Positions 58,022-64,000 of a DNA stretch of 64,000 nucleotides are shown here, piece by piece; the first letter of the stretch is position 1; every line of letters starts with the position of its first letter. This DNA comes from Roseibacillus sp. (GTDB taxonomy: Bacteria; Verrucomicrobiota; Verrucomicrobiia; Verrucomicrobiales; Akkermansiaceae). The stretch spans positions 736,001 through 800,000 of the forward strand of contig JBPOGI010000001.1 in NCBI GenBank assembly GCA_051251855.1, read 5' to 3'. Made by a program: the position numbers and the translations under genes. The notes below the pieces were generated by a model. It was not told the origin of the DNA. It did not search any database and saw only the letters and a program-made list of their open reading frames with translations.

Positions 58022-58426
58022 TCAAAGTAGCAGGCGGCGCTGCAGGATGAGAATGTCGTAGCCCTGTGGAGGTGGGGGCTCGATCGGAGTCGGATGACTC
58101 TGAAGTGCAGGGAAGGACTTGAGGGAAGCAGCTGTGAAAGAAGCTTCGGTCTCGGCAACTACTGGAGTGTGAAAATGATAGCTGTCATTGCTCCAGAGAT
58201 AGTCTTCGACTTCGAGCTGCAAGGGGACGACGCAATCGTCACAAGGCTCTTCTTTTTCTTCACAACAATGGTCACAAGAAGAGCATGCGGGCGCGGTCTT
58301 CGAACAAGGGTCTTTGCCTAAGAAGAGGGCGTCTTCACAAAGACAGAAGCCTAAGGCCAAGTCTTTCGCTCCCACCAAAATGGTGAGAAAAGTAATGAGG
58401 ACCAAAGATGACAACCGCCGGAACAC
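58022..58426 (-). CDS. Small Cys-rich exported protein with C-terminal poly-Pro (DUF2946-like leader candidate)
   Basis: Hydrophobic N-terminus; 9 Cys (CLC, C, CSSCDHCC, CDDC); C-terminus HPTPIEPPPP...LLL. Confidence 0.62.
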   Translation of the reverse strand: MFRRLSSLVLITFLTILVGAKDLALGFCLCEDALFLGKDPCSKTAPACSSCDHCCEEKEEPCDDCVVPLQLEVEDYLWSNDSYHFHTPVVAETEASFTAASLKSFPALQSHPTPIEPPPPQGYDILILQRRLLL

Positions 58427-58464
58427 TTCACAAATAATCTCACGGATTGTCGAAAAGTCAATGG

Positions 58465-61400
58465 CTAGGGCGAGGTGGCGTGGAGGCGGTAGAATGCCTT
58501 CGCGTCCGCTGAGGAGTCTGGTGCTGAGAGTGTTGAGGATAGAGGAGAACTATCAGAGCCAATGGGGTTCCAAGTGTCGGGGAGGAGGGAGAGAGATTTT
58601 TCAATACTCAAGGTCAGGTTAAGGGCGGAGGCATTGACCGGAGTGGAAAGATTCCAAGCACCAGGGCTGCCGGTGAGCTCGAGCAGATGGGGTGCCTCGG
58701 AATTTGCGGGACTGAGCCCAACCGCATATTCAACAAGTGCAGGGTTTTGATCGCCATCAACACCGGAACCAATGGGGAGAGAAAAAGGAGACATTTCGTT
58801 TTCCAAAACCCACTGGGCGTAGCCTTCGAGGCGAACGTTGTCCACGTAGATGGCGTCTGTAAGTTCATCAACTGTTTCGTCTTTGACATAGAGCCAAGTA
58901 ACTTCGTGGAGGCCGGCGGTGAGGGGTTGGACTACTTCGATCCAACCCGAGTTGCCTGATGTTACCGCTATTTGTTTCCCGTCGAGAAGCACGTATCCGT
59001 AGTCAAAGCCTTCCTCTGAGAAGGCGCGCCAATCGAAGCTCAGAGTGCCTGGTCCCATAACGGTGGCGGTCATTTCCGAACGATCGTCTCCTCCGATCGA
59101 TCCGCTGCGGGTAGCGGCGGTGCCGGTGGTGCGGATCTGGGATTGGGAGAAGAACGCCGGGACATCGGAGCGAACCGGAAGGATACTTTGATCGAGAGCC
59201 GACTGGAGACTGCTGGTTGAGGAGAAAGGAGAGAGTGAGAAGTTGCGAGTAGAGCTGCCTTGCTCGTTCTCTGCTGTCGCGGAAAATGAAAAAGCGGATT
59301 CGAAGAGACCCGAAATATGGTTTCCGTCGAGAATGGCCCAATCTGACGGCAGACTGTCAATAGAGCTGAGATCACTTTCGTAAGCTGTCGAAAGGTTGAG
59401 CGATGTTTCGGTGCCGAGCTCTACGAAGAGGTCCGTGGGCTGTTCGAAGGCAGGCATGGAAAGAGACTTTAGCGTGAAGCGATCTAACCAAACTTGGTTG
59501 AAGCCACCATCGATGGAGCTATCGCGGAGATACTGGAATCCTACCGTGTGATTGCCTGCAGGAATGGTGAGGGAGTGAGAGTGCCAGCCTGTTTCTCCGC
59601 TGATAGCAGCGACAACCGTGCTGTCGAGAGTGAGGTTGAAAACGTCGAAGGTGTATTCTGTCGAGGCTTTCCACCAGAAGGTGAGCTCGTCAGGGCCCTG
59701 AACAGTGCAGGTGAGTTCGGTATCACTCGAGTCGGAAGCAGAGGAAAGAGTGAGAGCGTCCTCGCCATCGAAGGTGTCGGTAGTGGTGATGCTCCATTGG
59801 CTAGCATCGCCGCCGATAACGACTTCGCTAGGGACTTCGAAGGCGGGTTTGAGGAGGCTCTCTGCGATAGAAAGGGAAAACGTCTCACTTCCTGTGCCCG
59901 CCGGATTCGTTGCGGAGATGGTGAAGGTGTAGGTGCCAGTAGAGGGGGTGTCCCAAGTGATGAGGCCGCTCGTGGAATCGACAGTCATGCCAGCTGGTTG
60001 TCCCGCAAGTGCGTAAGAGGTGGGGGTGTTGTCAGCTTCGATGAGGTAGCCAAAGACGGTGCCTTCATTTCCGTTTTCTGAGAGGCTACTTGTGATTTCA
60101 GGGGTGATGAACTCATCGTTGGCGATAACAATGGTAGTAGGTTGAGAGGGAGATTGAGCTCCAGTGACATTGGAGAAGGATAAGAGAATGGTTTCGTTTT
60201 CTTCCGGATCGTTGTCACCGTTGATGATGATGTCGATGGTGGTGGAAGTTTGGGGGGGGGTGATGGTGGCGGTTTGAGGACCTGGGTCGATATAGTCCGA
60301 GCCGGGAGAGGCGGTTCCACCAGATGGGGTCAGGGTGAAGGTGACCGGGGAACTCGTCTCGGATGAAAGTTCGATCGTAACGGTTGCGGTCTGGCTTCCG
60401 CTATCACCTTCTGTAACCGCAATGTCATCTGCTTGTATTCGGGTGTTGAGTTCGAGTCCCGAGAGTGACAAAGGAGCGGTTCCTGAGGGTGCGAGCCAGT
60501 TAGAAAGCCGAGTGCTCGGAGTCCCTCCACCAGTCCATGAGGTGAAAACACGACCATACCAGTCTGGGTCATTGTTTCCGCAGGCGGCATCTCCTCCATG
60601 AAGCTGGCCTACGATTTGACCTGAGGCGTTGAAAAGAGGCGAACCTGAAGAGCCTCCCTCAGTGGTGCCCACATCCCAATCCAAAACGCGCAAGTGGGTG
60701 CCAGCAGAAGTGATCGTCGAGCCATAATAGTTGGTTGTGGAGAGCGGATTGAACTCGAAAGAAATGCGCTTTTCGGCAACGGCGGGATGGTGAATGCCAA
60801 TCGCTTCCGTGGGGGGTGTGGAAGAACGATCCCAGCCAGCAAAGAAGGCTTCGGAGCCAGGGTTAACGGGATCATCGAGTTCGATGAGACAGAAGTCAGA
60901 AGAGCCCGAAGCGGCTCGGAGAGTGGACCCAGAATTGAAAACAGTGAGATCCCCATCGCCTAATCCACCACTGGCGTTCGTTCCAGGAATGCGACAGGTA
61001 GAGTTCTCGAAGTTCCAGTAGAGGACGATAGAAGAGTCATTGGCCGTCGTAATGTCGCAATGAGCTGCGGTGAGAAAGTAAGGAGTGTTATCGAGGTCTG
61101 AGTTGTTGATGAGGGCGCCGCTACAAGTGTCGATCCCATTGAGCGTATAGGCCGCAACCGAGCGAATTTGCTCGCGATAGCTGTCGATCATTTCAGCAAA
61201 GGTTCCGTCCAAGCCATCGCATACCACGTCGACGTTACAGTTACCCGAGATGCTTCCTCCGATTTTGCCACTACTCCTTTTGTCTCGGAAACCATAGTTG
61301 ACCTTGGCTAGACGGAGGCGGAGATCAGACAAGAGAACGGCGGGGAGACTGGCGGTGAGTCGAACGGAGTCGCCACGAAAGAGAGGGGTCCAAAGTTCAC

Positions 61401-61902
61401 CGTGGTCGTCGTTGTCTCGAGAGGTGAAGGTGATGACTTCGTCGGATTCGCTCGACTGCAGCGAGAGAATTCCGCCGGGGGGCATGTGAAATTGGTCGAA
61501 GGCAAAGTTAAGCGAGAGCGCGTTGGGGGCGTGGATTTGGAGTTCCCAAGTTGCGAGGCCGTCGGTGATACTCCACGGACTCAGGTCACTGGTGGTCTTG
61601 TTAACATCCAGCGGGGTTGCGAAACGGAAAGGGAGTTTCTTGCGATCTCTCAGACGAGCATCGGCGACGATGGGATTTAAGTCCGGAACAGGAAGTTCGA
61701 GGCGCTGAACTAGATCCGCAGGAGGAGCTATTTGGGAGGACGCTTCATGAAGAGTGTCTCCCTGCTTGGTGATTTCTTCGTCTCGAACGGAGGAAGGGCC
61801 TATTTTCGAGAAGGGGCTTGCTTGGGTCGGCGAGCTAAATTTCCAAAGACAAACGACAAGCAGGGCCAGAAGAATGAGGAGCAGAGATCCGGTAAATCGC
61901 AT
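58465..61902 (-). CDS. Secreted lysyl-endopeptidase-like S1 protease with Calx-beta, Ig and shared C-terminal domains
   Basis: Propeptide; CNVDVVC, CSGALINN, FLTAAHC, SDF.L, GIHHP, TEGGSSGSPL, GQLHGG; Calx-beta VTEGDSG..ATPGSDY-like; He_PIG-like Ig; start at 61902 or 61929. Confidence 0.88.
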   Translation of the reverse strand: MRFTGSLLLILLALLVVCLWKFSSPTQASPFSKIGPSSVRDEEITKQGDTLHEASSQIAPPADLVQRLELPVPDLNPIVADARLRDRKKLPFRFATPLDVNKTTSDLSPWSITDGLATWELQIHAPNALSLNFAFDQFHMPPGGILSLQSSESDEVITFTSRDNDDHGELWTPLFRGDSVRLTASLPAVLLSDLRLRLAKVNYGFRDKRSSGKIGGSISGNCNVDVVCDGLDGTFAEMIDSYREQIRSVAAYTLNGIDTCSGALINNSDLDNTPYFLTAAHCDITTANDSSIVLYWNFENSTCRIPGTNASGGLGDGDLTVFNSGSTLRAASGSSDFCLIELDDPVNPGSEAFFAGWDRSSTPPTEAIGIHHPAVAEKRISFEFNPLSTTNYYGSTITSAGTHLRVLDWDVGTTEGGSSGSPLFNASGQIVGQLHGGDAACGNNDPDWYGRVFTSWTGGGTPSTRLSNWLAPSGTAPLSLSGLELNTRIQADDIAVTEGDSGSQTATVTIELSSETSSPVTFTLTPSGGTASPGSDYIDPGPQTATITPPQTSTTIDIIINGDNDPEENETILLSFSNVTGAQSPSQPTTIVIANDEFITPEITSSLSENGNEGTVFGYLIEADNTPTSYALAGQPAGMTVDSTSGLITWDTPSTGTYTFTISATNPAGTGSETFSLSIAESLLKPAFEVPSEVVIGGDASQWSITTTDTFDGEDALTLSSASDSSDTELTCTVQGPDELTFWWKASTEYTFDVFNLTLDSTVVAAISGETGWHSHSLTIPAGNHTVGFQYLRDSSIDGGFNQVWLDRFTLKSLSMPAFEQPTDLFVELGTETSLNLSTAYESDLSSIDSLPSDWAILDGNHISGLFESAFSFSATAENEQGSSTRNFSLSPFSSTSSLQSALDQSILPVRSDVPAFFSQSQIRTTGTAATRSGSIGGDDRSEMTATVMGPGTLSFDWRAFSEEGFDYGYVLLDGKQIAVTSGNSGWIEVVQPLTAGLHEVTWLYVKDETVDELTDAIYVDNVRLEGYAQWVLENEMSPFSLPIGSGVDGDQNPALVEYAVGLSPANSEAPHLLELTGSPGAWNLSTPVNASALNLTLSIEKSLSLLPDTWNPIGSDSSPLSSTLSAPDSSADAKAFYRLHATSP

Positions 61903-61972
61903 TAGCAATAATCTTAACCGCAGGAACAACTAGTGACAAACGGTTAAGGTGCCCAATTCGATTCTCGCAAGA

Positions 61973-62695
61973 CTAACGCCCCTCAGCCAAGCGAGAAGCC
62001 AACATTTCGGGAAGGCCGGCCTCCAAAACCTTTTTTTGGGCCGCGACGATATCATACTCAAGGCGTCGATAAACGAGGACGTTGGCAGGGATGTCGTAAA
62101 TGGCATAGCAGGCGCGCCAGTCGCCGTTACGAGGTTGGCCTACGGAGCCAACGTTGACGAAGTACTTCAGCTTTTCATCAAACTCGACCTGTTCGGCGGG
62201 TAGTTCGGTGATTTTATCATCCTTGGAGAAGACCCGAGGAACATGGGTGTGACCGTGGAAGCAAAGCTTGGTGAATTGGTAGGAGAAACTCGACATGGCG
62301 TCGAACTTGTTAGTTACGTAGTTCCAGACCTGAGGCTGATCGAGCGATGAGTGGACAATGGTGAAGTCTTCCACCTGACGCACCATACGTAACTTGCGCA
62401 ACCAATCCCGCTGTTCCTCGTTGAGCTGTTTCCGCGTCCAGCGTAGAGCTTCGGCAGCGACAGGGTTCATGGCGTCCAAAGAGTGCTCTCCGCCGCAGTC
62501 TTCGTCGTGGTTCCCTTTGACAACGGGGCAACCTAATTCGCGAATCCGCTCGAGGCATTCGGCTGGATTAGCATTGTAGCCAACGACGTCGCCGAGACAG
62601 ACATAGTCGGTACAGCCTTGTTCCTTCGCATCTGCGAGAACGGCCTCAAGAGCTTCGAGGTTGGCGTGAATATCAGCGAAAAGGGCAATGCGCAT
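61973..62695 (-). CDS. Metallophosphoesterase (calcineurin-like)
   Basis: DIHAN, LGDVVGY, GNHD, HGHTH and NVGSVGQPR. Confidence 0.92.
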   Translation of the reverse strand: MRIALFADIHANLEALEAVLADAKEQGCTDYVCLGDVVGYNANPAECLERIRELGCPVVKGNHDEDCGGEHSLDAMNPVAAEALRWTRKQLNEEQRDWLRKLRMVRQVEDFTIVHSSLDQPQVWNYVTNKFDAMSSFSYQFTKLCFHGHTHVPRVFSKDDKITELPAEQVEFDEKLKYFVNVGSVGQPRNGDWRACYAIYDIPANVLVYRRLEYDIVAAQKKVLEAGLPEMLASRLAEGR

Positions 62696-62791
62696 AGAAA
62701 TTGAGTGGGCGTGGGCGGGAGATGATAACAGGCTCTCGGTGTTGGGTCCTAGGCTAAAATCCAGCGAAATACGATGTGGGAATACTAGGAA

Positions 62792-64000
62792 TTAGAGAGA
62801 TTGGCGACTGATGCTGTCATAATGCCACTTGATGAGCTCATTCATCCAGTCCTTGGTAAGGGGAAAGAGACTGGGGTTCTTAAGGGGGTCTAGGTGCTCA
62901 GGGAGCTCGGCGAGGGAGCATGTTTCCTCTAAAAGTTCTTTGACCCCATCGCGAGGAAGGTTGTGACCCTCGTCCAACCAGTAGTTGGCGAGGTCTTTGA
63001 TTTTGGCCCCGTTAATCTTCGTCCCATTTTCAGGGAAAATCTTGGTGAGGGGCACGTGTTCACTGGAGTCGATTCCGGAGATGTTTTGCAATACAAAGAA
63101 GAGAACACGCATCGTGGGGAGTCCAGTTCCTCCATACTCTTGAAAGTGATCAACAACGACAGGCCAATCGGTCGCTTCTTCAAAGGGATCTTCCGACAGG
63201 GTGAGGGGAAAGGCTTCCATTGCTTCAGCGACCTTGAGTGTGACCCGCTTGATGTCAGCATTGCGAAGTGGGTTGAGAGCGTAGGGAAGTTGCAGAGGGG
63301 CGATACGTTCTTCGAGAGTTTGGCGGATATTCTGTGATGGTAGGCCTTCGCTACGACGCTGATAGTAGTTAAAGAGGGAGCGTATAGCTTCTGCGTCAGA
63401 GCCAAAAATTTCTTCGGTGGAAAGCGCTTTCTCATCGGGGTATTCGATTTGAAGGGCGTAGAGTAAACTTTTGACTGACGGGAAGCGGAATTGTGGGTTG
63501 GCGTATATTTCCCGCGCGAGCTGGAGGGCTTCTTGACGTCGTTCTGGCACACGGGCCATGAGGTAAAGTCTTTGGCGTCTCACCGCATCGGTCACGCCAT
63601 CGAGAGTTATGGCCTTATCGAGGGTTTCAGTCGCGATCCGATAATCTAGGTGGTCTGGCTTGTAGGTGTCGGAGTAGATTCGCGCCTTCATCTGATACAG
63701 CTCCAGGCTATCTGGGATATTCTCGATTCCTTCATCAAGATAGGAAACTCCCTTGTGGAAAAACTCATCGCGGCGAAGTTTTCGCTGAGCATCGGTGATG
63801 CCCGCACGGTCACCGTAGTCAGAGTAGGCTTCGTCCGCAGCGTAACCTGCAGCTGACTTCCAATAGTAACTGGCTTTGGGTTGCAGGGTGTGAATCTGTT
63901 TGAACGTGTTGAAGATGCTCAGCCAGTCTTGATCCTGCCAAGCGGTGACAACTTCCGAGAAGTTCAGAACCGCAGCCACGAGAGAACGGAGCCCACCGAT
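62792..64000 (-). CDS. Hypothetical TPR-like protein with internal duplication (5' end outside the window)
   Basis: Frame stays open to the window edge (IGGLRSLVAA...); helical repeats; two similar C-terminal units. Confidence 0.65.
   Translation of the reverse strand: MGGLRSLVAAVLNFSEVVTAWQDQDWLSIFNTFKQIHTLQPKASYYWKSAAGYAADEAYSDYGDRAGITDAQRKLRRDEFFHKGVSYLDEGIENIPDSLELYQMKARIYSDTYKPDHLDYRIATETLDKAITLDGVTDAVRRQRLYLMARVPERRQEALQLAREIYANPQFRFPSVKSLLYALQIEYPDEKALSTEEIFGSDAEAIRSLFNYYQRRSEGLPSQNIRQTLEERIAPLQLPYALNPLRNADIKRVTLKVAEAMEAFPLTLSEDPFEEATDWPVVVDHFQEYGGTGLPTMRVLFFVLQNISGIDSSEHVPLTKIFPENGTKINGAKIKDLANYWLDEGHNLPRDGVKELLEETCSLAELPEHLDPLKNPSLFPLTKDWMNELIKWHYDSISRQSL

Noticed and set aside
60252..60260. 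G9 tract as a phase-variation switch
   Set aside because: It is in frame, encodes Thr-Pro-Pro-Gln, and is not exceptional in such a G-skewed sequence; there is no evidence of slippage.

Overview
A 64-kb stretch of bacterial chromosome, most likely from Verrucomicrobiota (Verrucomicrobiales-like). The taxon is inferred from gene content: a His6-type HisA, a SET-domain protein, a PVC-type heme-binding protein, lamin-tail/CotH and FG-GAP surface proteins, and a PilD with a large insert. About 52 CDSs are present. They are mostly housekeeping genes (adk, fmt, hom, rpsU, dinB, pilD, xerC, hisA, parB, queD, uvrD, iscA-hscB-hscA, valS, dtd) mixed with secreted hydrolases. I found no rRNA, tRNA, CRISPR array, prophage or transposase. 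The most notable observations are: (1) four unrelated large secreted proteins share a ~120-150 aa C-terminal domain that looks like a sorting or anchoring signal; (2) a MacAB/FtsX-type export operon is led by a Cys-rich, poly-Pro small protein and includes a Cys-cluster lipoprotein, making it a candidate metal-sensing system; (3) a 264-bp non-coding IS4-like MITE has terminal inverted repeats, a 10-bp target duplication and extensive predicted RNA structure; (4) three different REP-doublet clusters lie between convergent genes; (5) a senB-like selenosugar synthase gene overlaps a Fur-family regulator with no senA/selD nearby; (6) an ADP-ribosylglycohydrolase-fold domain is fused to an alpha/beta hydrolase; (7) a class A PBP has a degenerate transpeptidase domain. 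All product calls come from motif recognition by eye; no database searches were run.
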